Assembly (NCBI GenBank): GCA_038890815.1 | Contig: JAWAFC010000001.1 | Span: 135 to 64,134, forward strand | Direction: 5' to 3' | Length of the DNA: 64,000 nt | Source: Candidatus Micrarchaeia archaeon | Lineage (GTDB): Archaea; Micrarchaeota; Micrarchaeia; Burarchaeales; JACRGF01 | Shown here: positions 18,416 through 26,592 of the stretch, in pieces | How positions within the stretch are numbered: the first letter of the stretch is position 1 | Layout: each line of letters begins with the position of its first letter | The notes under the pieces: model-generated | Seen by the model: the letters and a program-made list of their open reading frames with translations, nothing else | The model's database searches: none | Told to the model about the DNA's origin: nothing | Position numbers and translations under genes: made by a program

Positions 18416-18579
18416 AGCCCGCTTTCTTCCTCGAGAGTCTCGAATCTCACAAATTGCTTAGTCACGATAACCACTTTGAGCCTAATCCCACAGTTCGGGC
18501 AGGTTATGACATCGCCCGGCTTCGGGTCGGCGAGCTCGAGCGGCTGTCCGCACTCAGCGCAGCGTGCTTGAGGGGGCAT
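18412..18579 (-). CDS. LysW-like zinc-ribbon mini-protein (55 aa; too short for the ORF track)
   Basis: MPPQARCAECGQPLELADPKPGDVITCPNCGIRLKVVIVTKQFVRFETLEEESGL. CxxC-16-CxxC spacing and an acidic tail. The ATG lies 3 nt after the GT4 stop. Confidence 0.55.
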   Translation of the reverse strand: MPPQARCAECGQPLELADPKPGDVITCPNCGIRLKVVIVTKQFVRFETLEEESGL

Positions 18580-18582
18580 GGC

Positions 18583-19749
18583 TTACCTTCGCCCAATGGA
18601 TTGATAAACCTTGTGTATTTTCTCGGCCACGATATCCCAGGAGAATAGCCGTTCAGCCCTTCTCCGCGCAGCTCTCGCCATTTTCCTGCGAAGGGCGGGC
18701 GCTGCCAGCAAGCGCGCCATGGCAGCGTAGAGGGCATCCGCGTCCCGCGCCCTGACGAGCAGCCCGCACTCGCGGGTGACGAGCTCCGGGTTGCCTCCTA
18801 TGTTCGTTGCCACTATGGGCTTGCCGCTTGCCAGCGCCTCGAGCAGCACAACGGCGCACGGCTCCCACACTGAAGGCAGCACAAAAAGGTCTGCCGCGGC
18901 ATACCACTCGGGCAGCTCATCTTCAGGAATGCCTGTGGTTATCACGAAATCTCTGTCCACCCCTAACCTGGTGGCCTGCGCGAGTAGCTCTTCCTTCAGT
19001 GGCCCTTTTCCGATGACAACGAGTTTTGCACCCGTGAAGTCGCGCTTGGTGAGCGCGAACGCGTCGATCAGATAGGGAAGGCCTTTCTGGCGGACAAGGC
19101 GCGCGTTGCAGAGAATGAGGGGAGCATCTGTTGGAATGCCGAGCTTTTTCCTGACCCTTTCCCCGCTCACGCGTGGATTGAATCGCTGCGTGTCCACGCC
19201 GTTGGTTATCACAATGCATTTTTCCCACAGGCGAGGGGGAACGGTGACCCTCTTTGTGTATTCGCTGACGCAGATGATCTTGTCTGCAAGCTCCATTATC
19301 CGCCGCCCATAGGCAAGATCGAAAAGCAGCCCGAAAAAATCGGTCGGGAAGTCGATGCCCTCGGGCCTTGCGTTGTGCAGTGTGAGGATCAACGCCTTCC
19401 CCCGCAGCTTTGCTGCCAGCAGCACGCCCGGCCCGTACCAGAAGCGGTTATGGATGTGGAAAATGTCTGCGTCTTGCCTAAGCACGTCGATGCATTGGAA
19501 AGGCATGATGGAGAAGGGCGGGGGCAGGAAGGAGAGGGGGAACGGAAAGCTGGGGATGTAGAGGGTGGGATTGACTCTCTTTACCTTTATCCCTTCGATC
19601 ACCTCGCTGGTGGCTGTTGCGGGCAGGCGCGAGGTGAGCACCGTGATGTCGTAGCCCTTTTTGATGAGCCGCCGGCTGATTTCAAAGACATGCTTTTCAG
19701 CCCCGCCGTGGTAGGGCAGGAACAACGGGTCGAGGTGACAAATTTTCAT
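18583..19749 (-). CDS. Family 4 glycosyltransferase (GT-B fold)
   Basis: MKICHLDPLFLPYHGGAEKHV... at the N-terminus. C-terminal EPCAVVLLEALASGKPIVATNIGGNPELV is the GT4 E-x7-E region. Confidence 0.85.
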   Translation of the reverse strand: MKICHLDPLFLPYHGGAEKHVFEISRRLIKKGYDITVLTSRLPATATSEVIEGIKVKRVNPTLYIPSFPFPLSFLPPPFSIMPFQCIDVLRQDADIFHIHNRFWYGPGVLLAAKLRGKALILTLHNARPEGIDFPTDFFGLLFDLAYGRRIMELADKIICVSEYTKRVTVPPRLWEKCIVITNGVDTQRFNPRVSGERVRKKLGIPTDAPLILCNARLVRQKGLPYLIDAFALTKRDFTGAKLVVIGKGPLKEELLAQATRLGVDRDFVITTGIPEDELPEWYAAADLFVLPSVWEPCAVVLLEALASGKPIVATNIGGNPELVTRECGLLVRARDADALYAAMARLLAAPALRRKMARAARRRAERLFSWDIVAEKIHKVYQSIGRR

Positions 19750-19750
19750 T

Positions 19751-20995
19751 TTACACACCGAACTTTTCGCCTATCTTCGGCGCGACAGCATCGAATCCCT
19801 TCTCTCTCAGCTCGGCAGCGAACTCGTCGCAGTGGTCACCGTGCATGCAGAAAATCTTCTGAGGCCCAGCGGCCTCGATGAATTCGAGCAGGTCTGCCCT
19901 GCCAGCGTGCGCGCTGAGGTCGAAGTACTCCACCGCGTTGCGGATCTCCCTGTCCTCGCCATCCACCCTCACTATGCCCTTATTCAGCAACAGCCAGCCA
20001 TTTGTGTTTTCCACGGAAAAGCCAGTGAATATGACGCGCGAGCGCTCGTTGAGGCGCAGGAGATAGCCGAGTGCGGGCCCCCCTTCGAGCATGCCGGCGG
20101 GCGAGATTATCACGCTGGGCTCTTCGATAAGCCTTCGCCTCAGTTTCGGGTGGCTTACAAACTCGGCGTTGGAAAGCGCTTTCCTAAGCGTCCGGTAGTC
20201 CTTAACGAAAGAGGGATAGGCGAGGATGAGCTCGCTCGCCTCCTTGGCCATGCCATCGATATACACGGGCAGGGATGGGTCGCACTCGAAAAGAAGCTGG
20301 CACACTTCCTGGCTTCTTCCCACCGCAAAGCAGGGCAACAGCGCGGTGCCCCCATCCTCAAGCGTATCCCGTATCTCGGCGCACAGCTCGGCCTCGGTGT
20401 GCTTTCTATCCGGATGGTCCCTGTCCGAGTAAGTGCTTTCGATGACGAGAATATCAACATCGCGTATCAGCTTAGCCCCTTTATGGAGGTGGGTTTCACC
20501 GAGCTTGAAATCGCCGGTATACACAATGCGCTTGCCGTCCGCCTCCACCTCAACGATGGCCGCGCCCGGGATGTGGCCCGCATCGTGAAAAGTTACTATT
20601 GTATTGTGGGAGATCGCGTGGGGCTTCTCGTAGTTCATGAGGACAAAGGACTCCATGGCGCGCCTGAAGGCTCTTGGGGAGTAGGGCACGCGAAAGCCTC
20701 GCAACTCCTGTACCTTTATGGCATCCTTTATCAGCAGGCCGGCCAGAGCCTCGGTGGGGGCCGTGGCGAGCACGGGCGGAGCCTGATGCTCAAATATCAT
20801 TGGTAGGAAACCCACATGGTCAAGATGGGCGTGAGTGGGGATGACGGCGTTCAACCTCGCAGTGAAGAGCAGCGGGTATTCGGTCGCGCCGTGTATCTTT
20901 ATTCCGTAATCGAGCAGAAGACGCGCATCGCTCGTCTCGAGGAGCACACCGCTTCTGCCAACCTCGCCGGCGCCGCCGAGGAAAGTGAATTTCAT
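19751..20995 (-). CDS. Metallo-beta-lactamase/beta-CASP ribonuclease (aCPSF2-like, no KH domains)
   Basis: MKFTFLGGAGEVGRS..., THAHLDHVG, ...ESTY..., DLSAHAG and ...CMHGD... give MBL motifs 1-4 plus beta-CASP motifs A-C. Confidence 0.85.
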   Translation of the reverse strand: MKFTFLGGAGEVGRSGVLLETSDARLLLDYGIKIHGATEYPLLFTARLNAVIPTHAHLDHVGFLPMIFEHQAPPVLATAPTEALAGLLIKDAIKVQELRGFRVPYSPRAFRRAMESFVLMNYEKPHAISHNTIVTFHDAGHIPGAAIVEVEADGKRIVYTGDFKLGETHLHKGAKLIRDVDILVIESTYSDRDHPDRKHTEAELCAEIRDTLEDGGTALLPCFAVGRSQEVCQLLFECDPSLPVYIDGMAKEASELILAYPSFVKDYRTLRKALSNAEFVSHPKLRRRLIEEPSVIISPAGMLEGGPALGYLLRLNERSRVIFTGFSVENTNGWLLLNKGIVRVDGEDREIRNAVEYFDLSAHAGRADLLEFIEAAGPQKIFCMHGDHCDEFAAELREKGFDAVAPKIGEKFGV

Positions 20996-21003
20996 GCAGT
21001 AAA

Positions 21004-22626
21004 TTGGGCTGCGAAACACTTAAAGGTTTATTAAGGGCTGGGAACAAAAAACCTATAGTGACCAATTGCATCGAGAAAACCGGAAAAAAAGCCAGCCAGA
21101 AAGCAGTAACTAAACGCAGCGATTTGGAAACTCTCATCAAGAAGTTGGATAGCAAAGACTGGAGCGAAAGGGAGAAAGCGCTGGATGAGTTGGCCGAACT
21201 CAATTACAGGCAAAAAGATAGGAAGCGAGCGCAGGAGGCGTTGCTCAAACATCTATCTGAGCCGGACGAGGATGTAAGATATGCTCTGTACAATGCGATT
21301 GGGGAAGTGTGCGATGAAGAGGCATTGCCTACTCTGGAAGAACATCGCAAAATTGTTAGTTTCAATAAGGGCGACCCGACAGTACAAACATTGATAGAGG
21401 CCATCACGAAGATTAGGAAAAGAACTGGCGCAAAAGAGAAAAGACAGAGTTATGGCGAAGGAAAACTGGCCAAATGGATTGAGCTTGGGAAACTGCTCAG
21501 CAGTTTCTTTGAAAATGGCTTGCGCTCACCATATGATGGCGCGTACGCGTATTTGGGTATTAAGGCCAAGCAGGATGTTGGCGCCATTGAAAACATTGAC
21601 AGCATAGCAAGATTACTCCCCTTTGATCACAGGGAACTTGGCGTGGATGTTTTTGGGGCGATAAATAGAGCGTATAGGGAGCGCGCGGGCGCGCTGGAGG
21701 AGGTTGCGGAAAAAGCCGCTGCGGATGGGTATTTTTTCCATGTTGAAATTGCAAGCAAAGTCGGTCAGCTCTATTATCTGTTCGGGGAGGTGGCCGAGAG
21801 CGAAGATATCAACGGGCATGTGGCGAAGATCCTCAAAAATGTGAGAACAAATATTGATTCAAGTGGGCTGACCATTTTCAACCCGAATAGGGGAAGGGGC
21901 GAGGCAGTCGTATTTCCGGGCGTGCACCAAAAGTATGTCAGCGCGGCAGAGCTTTTCAAACAGGGCAAGATGGCGTTTTTAAAAGAGTTCGGGCTGCCCT
22001 TCTTTTCCACCAGGGATAAGACTTTTTCTGACATCGTCTACAAAAACAATGTTAGCACAGCAAAGCAGAAGAGCAGGGAGCTTGCAGCTCATTTAGATGA
22101 GGACGTTGCAGAATTAATTTTCATGTTCGGGAGGCTGTTCGCGCTGGACAGCAAAGAAAATGTGGAGGAGAGGGTGCTGAAGAGCTTTTTGGTTCACGAG
22201 CTTGACCATTGCCAGAGGTACAAGTTTGCGCACGAAAGGGCAGCGACTTTTGCAAACTCCGACCTCTCCGATGCGCATGCCTATCTCGCAGAGCTCGCCT
22301 ACGGGCCGGCGCCCTTCCTCAGGCTTGCAACGATGCTCAGCTTTTCCCTCACATTCAGGAAAACCGGTAGGGCGAGCGAGTACGGGCCGGGTTTTGATTT
22401 GAAATACGCTTCTGCAGAGCGGGCAGTTCGAGCGTTGGTTGGAGAAGTTGACAGAGACCCCATGGAGTACGTCTGGTCGCTGGACGAGCAGAAGCTGAGG
22501 GACGATGCCAGGAGAGCACTTGACGCAGAATGCAATGAGATATTTGGCGTGCCGAACAGCGCCGCTGTGGATGAGAGCGCTTACGCGCAGGCGCTGAAGA
22601 TGAAAGTTGTTTCACAGAGAGATTAG
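21004..22626 (+). CDS. Hypothetical protein with N-terminal HEAT-like repeats and an HExxH metalloprotease-like motif
   Basis: ORF opens at TTG 21004; the likely start is GTG 21058. HEAT-like DWSEREKALDELAEL...EPDEDVRYALYNAIGEVCDEEALPTLEEH. HELDH lies at 22195-22209, with ...LAELAYG... about 30 aa downstream. Confidence 0.6.
   Translation: MGCETLKGLLRAGNKKPIVTNCIEKTGKKASQKAVTKRSDLETLIKKLDSKDWSEREKALDELAELNYRQKDRKRAQEALLKHLSEPDEDVRYALYNAIGEVCDEEALPTLEEHRKIVSFNKGDPTVQTLIEAITKIRKRTGAKEKRQSYGEGKLAKWIELGKLLSSFFENGLRSPYDGAYAYLGIKAKQDVGAIENIDSIARLLPFDHRELGVDVFGAINRAYRERAGALEEVAEKAAADGYFFHVEIASKVGQLYYLFGEVAESEDINGHVAKILKNVRTNIDSSGLTIFNPNRGRGEAVVFPGVHQKYVSAAELFKQGKMAFLKEFGLPFFSTRDKTFSDIVYKNNVSTAKQKSRELAAHLDEDVAELIFMFGRLFALDSKENVEERVLKSFLVHELDHCQRYKFAHERAATFANSDLSDAHAYLAELAYGPAPFLRLATMLSFSLTFRKTGRASEYGPGFDLKYASAERAVRALVGEVDRDPMEYVWSLDEQKLRDDARRALDAECNEIFGVPNSAAVDESAYAQALKMKVVSQRD
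21020..21034. promoter_or_regulatory. Back-to-back TATA-like elements (CTTAAAGGTTTATTAA) between divergent genes
   Basis: TTTATTAA (21027-21034) lies about 27 nt upstream of GTG 21058 on the plus strand. CTTTAAG on the minus strand (21020-21026) lies about 28 nt upstream of ATG 20995. Confidence 0.35.
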
Positions 22627-22713
22627 CCCGTACGCCATAAAAAACAAGTTGACCCTTCTGGCTTTCGGCATATTTAAAGGTAAGCTTTAAAATGCGGGCG
22701 AAGAAAGAAGCGC

Positions 22714-23430
22714 GTGGAAGAGCTCACATTTCTCGACCTTGCGGTACTACAGAGAATTGACAGCGAGAGCGTCGTCGAAAAGTTCGGTCAGAAGATAAAC
22801 TCCTCCTTCTTCGATGCGGCGAACATTCTGGGCAACCTCAAGCTCAAAGGATACATCACCATCGAGAGCTCGCTCGGCTTCTCGCCCATCAAACTTACCG
22901 AAGCGGGCAAGGAGGTGCTGCGCCTCGCGGATGAGAAAAACGATGGCGTGGTGGGCCCGCTGGATGCCGCAATCCTCAACACCGTTGGGGGTGGCAGAAG
23001 AGATGCTGGGAGGCTGGCCACAGAACTGAATGTGAGATCCAGCGACCTCGCCTTTCATCTCCACAAGCTCGTCAAAATGGGGCTCGTGGACTACACCATC
23101 CGGAACGGCAAGGTTGAGCTCATGCTTACCGAACAGGGGTTCAACAAGACCGGGCTCGCCGAAGCGCACGCCAAGGCCTTGCGCGAGGTCGCCGCGAGAG
23201 GCGAGCAGAGCGAGGCCGAATTTCTCGTTGGGGAGAGCAAGGCCGAGACAGAGGCGCCCGCAAGGGAGGCATCCCCCGCTGAGCGCCATGTGACGATTAC
23301 CCCTGCGATGAGGATGTGGGCGAAGTTCGAGTGGTACGCTCAGAGGTATCTTCTCTATGTGATCGCCGCGCTCGTGCTCGTGGCCATCCTCCTCCTCATC
23401 TTCATCGCCGGGACAAGCGCGGGCGTGTAG
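22714..23430 (+). CDS. Membrane-anchored protein with two winged-helix-like domains
   Basis: 238 aa, GTG start. Two wHTH-like units (...ILGNLKLKGYITIE...; ...LATELNVRSSDLAFHLHKLVKMGLVDY...). C-terminal TM helix YLLYVIAALVLVAILLLIFIAG. Confidence 0.55.
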   Translation: MEELTFLDLAVLQRIDSESVVEKFGQKINSSFFDAANILGNLKLKGYITIESSLGFSPIKLTEAGKEVLRLADEKNDGVVGPLDAAILNTVGGGRRDAGRLATELNVRSSDLAFHLHKLVKMGLVDYTIRNGKVELMLTEQGFNKTGLAEAHAKALREVAARGEQSEAEFLVGESKAETEAPAREASPAERHVTITPAMRMWAKFEWYAQRYLLYVIAALVLVAILLLIFIAGTSAGV

Positions 23431-23432
23431 GC

Positions 23433-24062
23433 ATGGACTTTTTGGAAAGCATGCGACTGCTTGAGAAATACGGGCTGCGCTTTGCGCCCGCGCGGCTAGC
23501 GAGCAGCAGGGAGGAAGCCGTAGCAGCTGCTGAAGAGATTGGTTTTCCCGTCGTGCTCAAAGTCGTCTCGCCAGAAATCATCCATAAAACTGAGAGGGGA
23601 TGCGTGCTTGTCAATCTGCAGGATGTTGGGCATGTTGCAAGCGGTTATGATATAGTGGTGCGGAATGCCGGCAACGCACGCATGGAGGGCGTGCTCGTGC
23701 AGAAGATGGTTGCCGAAGGCGTGGAGCTCATCGTAGGGGGAAAGGCCGACCCGCAGTTCGGCCCTCTCATTCTTTTCGGCATTGGCGGCATATTTGTCGA
23801 GATCCTGCGGGATGTCTCGGTGCGGGTCTGCCCCATAACGCCGGAAGATGCCGAAGAGATGATTCGGGAAATAAAGGGCTTTCCAATACTCTCGGGCGCG
23901 CGTGGAAGAAAGCCCGTCGACCTGCGCGCGCTCGCCGACCTCCTCGTGAGAACGAGCAGGTTGCTGTATGAAAACCAGAACATAAAGGAGCTTGACTTCA
24001 ACCCGGTCATCGCCCATCCAGAAGGCTATGAGATCGTTGATGTGAGGATGGTGACGCAGTGA
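23433..24062 (+). CDS. acdB: ADP-forming acetyl-CoA synthetase, beta (ATP-grasp) subunit
   Basis: MDFLESMRLLEKYGLRF...AEEIGFPVVLKVVSPEIIHKTERGCV...ELDFNPV. ATG at 23433; the frame is open upstream to 23316. Confidence 0.85.
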   Translation: MDFLESMRLLEKYGLRFAPARLASSREEAVAAAEEIGFPVVLKVVSPEIIHKTERGCVLVNLQDVGHVASGYDIVVRNAGNARMEGVLVQKMVAEGVELIVGGKADPQFGPLILFGIGGIFVEILRDVSVRVCPITPEDAEEMIREIKGFPILSGARGRKPVDLRALADLLVRTSRLLYENQNIKELDFNPVIAHPEGYEIVDVRMVTQ

Positions 24063-25471
24063 GCTACAATCTCGAGGCAGTCATTGCGCCGAAAAGCGTG
24101 GCCGTGGTCGGAGCGTCGCGCGACCCGGCTAAGATAGGCCACACCATACTCAGGAATTTTGTTGATGGGGGCTTTGCGGGCAAGGTGTTTCCAGTCAACC
24201 CAAAGGCGGATGAACTGCTGGGCCTGCGGTGCTATGCAAGCGTCGGCGAGATAGAGGAAAAAGTTGATTGCGCGGTTATAGCGGTTCCAGCCCAGGCCGT
24301 CCCTGGCGTGCTGCGGGAGTGCGGCGAGAAGGGGGTGGGGGGCGCCATAGTCATCAGCGGAGGCTTTTCCGAAATAGGAAATACAAAAGGGGAAGAGGAG
24401 ATCGCATCGATCGCGAAAGAATACGGGCTGGCGGTCATCGGCCCGAATTGCCTTGGCGTGCTCAATCCGGCCACCAGATTTGACTGCATTTTCCTGCCGC
24501 TGTTCAAGATGGGTCGCCCGCCTGTCGGAGACATCGGCTTCATGAGCCAGAGCGGGGCGGTAGGGAGCTGCATTGTAGACCTGGCTGCGCACTATCACAT
24601 CGGCATAAGCAAGTTCATCTCGTACGGCAACGCCGCCGTGATCGATGAGGCTGACCTGTTGCGCTATTTCGCCGAGGACCCCCAAACGCGCATCATCGTG
24701 GCATACATCGAGGGGGTAAGAAGGGGAAAGGAATTTTTTGCCGCCCTCAAAGAAGTGGCCAAGCAAAAGCCCACCATTTTTCTAAAGGCAGGCGTGAGCA
24801 GGCGGGGTGCCGAAGCCACGCTCTCCCACACGGGCTCGCTGGCGGGCAGCGCCGAGGCCTATAGGGCTGTCTTCAGGCAGGCCAAAGCCATCGAAGCACA
24901 CACGCTTATGGAGCTGTTTTACTTCGCCAAGGTGTTCGATCAGCCTTTTCCAAAGGGAAGGAGAGTGGGCGTGATAACAAACGGCGGGGGGTATGCCGTG
25001 CTCGCAGCCGATGCTATTGAGGAGTTTCACCTGGAGCTTGCCGAGCTGAGCGAGGCAACAAAGAATGCGCTCAGGCCCCATCTGCCTCCCTATGTGAATT
25101 TGAAAAATCCGCTCGACCTGGCTGGGGATGCCGACGCCGAGCGCTACCGCGTGGCTATCGAGGCGTTCATGGCGGACGATAACATCGATATCCTCGTGAT
25201 AACCGTTCTCTTCCAAACAGTTTCCATAGACTCGCGCGTCGTAAATGTTATCACAAAAGCCGCGGATGAGCGGAAGAAGCCCATCATCGTCGTGTCTACG
25301 GGCGGGGAGTACACCGAGCTGCATCGGCGCATTCTGGAGAGCTACCACATCCCGACCTACCACTCGCCCACCGCGGCCATGAAGGCCGCAGAAAAACTAG
25401 CCGATTTTGCAGAGCTTAAGAGAAAGCTGGGTGGGTCATCGCCCAAGGAAACGTTTGAGCGCAGCTTCTGA
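24059..25471 (+). CDS. acdA: ADP-forming acetyl-CoA synthetase, alpha (CoA-binding/succinyl-CoA synthetase-like) subunit
   Basis: 470 aa. SVAVVGASRDPAKIGHTILRNF...VFPVNPK..., ...FMSQSGAVG..., and the phosphohistidine region ...LSHTGSLAGS. Overlaps acdB by 4 nt. Confidence 0.9.
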   Translation: MSYNLEAVIAPKSVAVVGASRDPAKIGHTILRNFVDGGFAGKVFPVNPKADELLGLRCYASVGEIEEKVDCAVIAVPAQAVPGVLRECGEKGVGGAIVISGGFSEIGNTKGEEEIASIAKEYGLAVIGPNCLGVLNPATRFDCIFLPLFKMGRPPVGDIGFMSQSGAVGSCIVDLAAHYHIGISKFISYGNAAVIDEADLLRYFAEDPQTRIIVAYIEGVRRGKEFFAALKEVAKQKPTIFLKAGVSRRGAEATLSHTGSLAGSAEAYRAVFRQAKAIEAHTLMELFYFAKVFDQPFPKGRRVGVITNGGGYAVLAADAIEEFHLELAELSEATKNALRPHLPPYVNLKNPLDLAGDADAERYRVAIEAFMADDNIDILVITVLFQTVSIDSRVVNVITKAADERKKPIIVVSTGGEYTELHRRILESYHIPTYHSPTAAMKAAEKLADFAELKRKLGGSSPKETFERSF

Positions 25472-26590
25472 GTCCGTGGCGAGCAGGTCTAAGAGGTCTA
25501 AAATATCTTGGGGGTTGTTCGCCTCTATGCCCGCCTCCTTGAGCCTTGCCCTGAGTATCTCCAACCCCATTTCTTTCACTGAAAGCTTTTTCTGCCTTAG
25601 CTCGCGCAGTTGCGCGATCTGATCGCTCAGCGACATCGAGGTCAACTCCGACTCTATTTCCAGATATGCTTTCCCCTCAAAACTTTTCTCGATTGATCTG
25701 AAATCAAGATTGGTCGGCTCAATGCCCTTGGCGAGCGTGCCACTTACGTGAATTTTCACTATCGGTTTCTCGGCTTTCGCAACGAGCGCTTCGGCAGCTT
25801 TTTTCACTGCAGTGATGACATCATTGACACTCGCATCCTTCACCTCAACCTCTTCATAGAAAAATGGCCGAGTGGGAATAGGAACGAACTCCTCCTTCTT
25901 TGTTTGAGTATCAAACAGGTAGAAGCCTTTTTGGCAAGTCTCCTCCTTCTTCATCTGCGTGACCACCGTGCTTCCGGGCAGAAGGAGCTTTTTGCCATAC
26001 ACCTCCATCACTCCGGCCCTGTGGTGGTGCCCATTTATGTACAGGTCAAAGCCCTCAGGCAGGTCTTCGATGCTCATGAAGCTTTCGCTGAATGGGAGAA
26101 GTTCCCTGAGTGATTGATGAAAGACGAACACGTTGAAGCATTTCTCAACGGGTTGGAATCCTACAGCCCTCAGGGCATCTCTGGCGTACTCTTCGGGAAC
26201 GCCACCAAGCCCATGCACGGCAACTCTTTCCCCCTCCTTCTCAAAGATCGCTTTGCCCGCATGCACTTTGACCAGCAGGCCCGCCGCTTCCAAAATTTCC
26301 ACGGGATTCACCAGACCTCTCGCCCTTCTCTCATGCGTTCCGTGGATTGCTACCACTGGCGGGCCCGCGCCATCCACGCGTTTTGCCCCGGCCTTTACCG
26401 CGCCTTTGCGGAATAGCCTTATAGCGTTCGTCAGCGCTTCGTTGCTCGGAGTTCTCGAATCAAAGATGTCGCCCGCTATGATGATCAGGTCGGCAAGCTC
26501 AAGCGCTCTGGAAAAGGCCGCGCTGGCCTGTGCGAGCGCGTCCTCCTCGAATCTCTCATAACCCAGGTGGAAGTCGCTGAGTATGGCCAA
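25436..26590 (-). CDS. mre11: Mre11-type DNA double-strand-break repair nuclease
   Basis: Calcineurin-like phosphoesterase motifs MAILSDFHLG, IIAGDIFD, ...AIHGTHE..., ...NGHHH... Confidence 0.85.
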   Translation of the reverse strand: MAILSDFHLGYERFEEDALAQASAAFSRALELADLIIIAGDIFDSRTPSNEALTNAIRLFRKGAVKAGAKRVDGAGPPVVAIHGTHERRARGLVNPVEILEAAGLLVKVHAGKAIFEKEGERVAVHGLGGVPEEYARDALRAVGFQPVEKCFNVFVFHQSLRELLPFSESFMSIEDLPEGFDLYINGHHHRAGVMEVYGKKLLLPGSTVVTQMKKEETCQKGFYLFDTQTKKEEFVPIPTRPFFYEEVEVKDASVNDVITAVKKAAEALVAKAEKPIVKIHVSGTLAKGIEPTNLDFRSIEKSFEGKAYLEIESELTSMSLSDQIAQLRELRQKKLSVKEMGLEILRARLKEAGIEANNPQDILDLLDLLATDSEAALKRFLGR

Positions 26591-26592
26591 TT

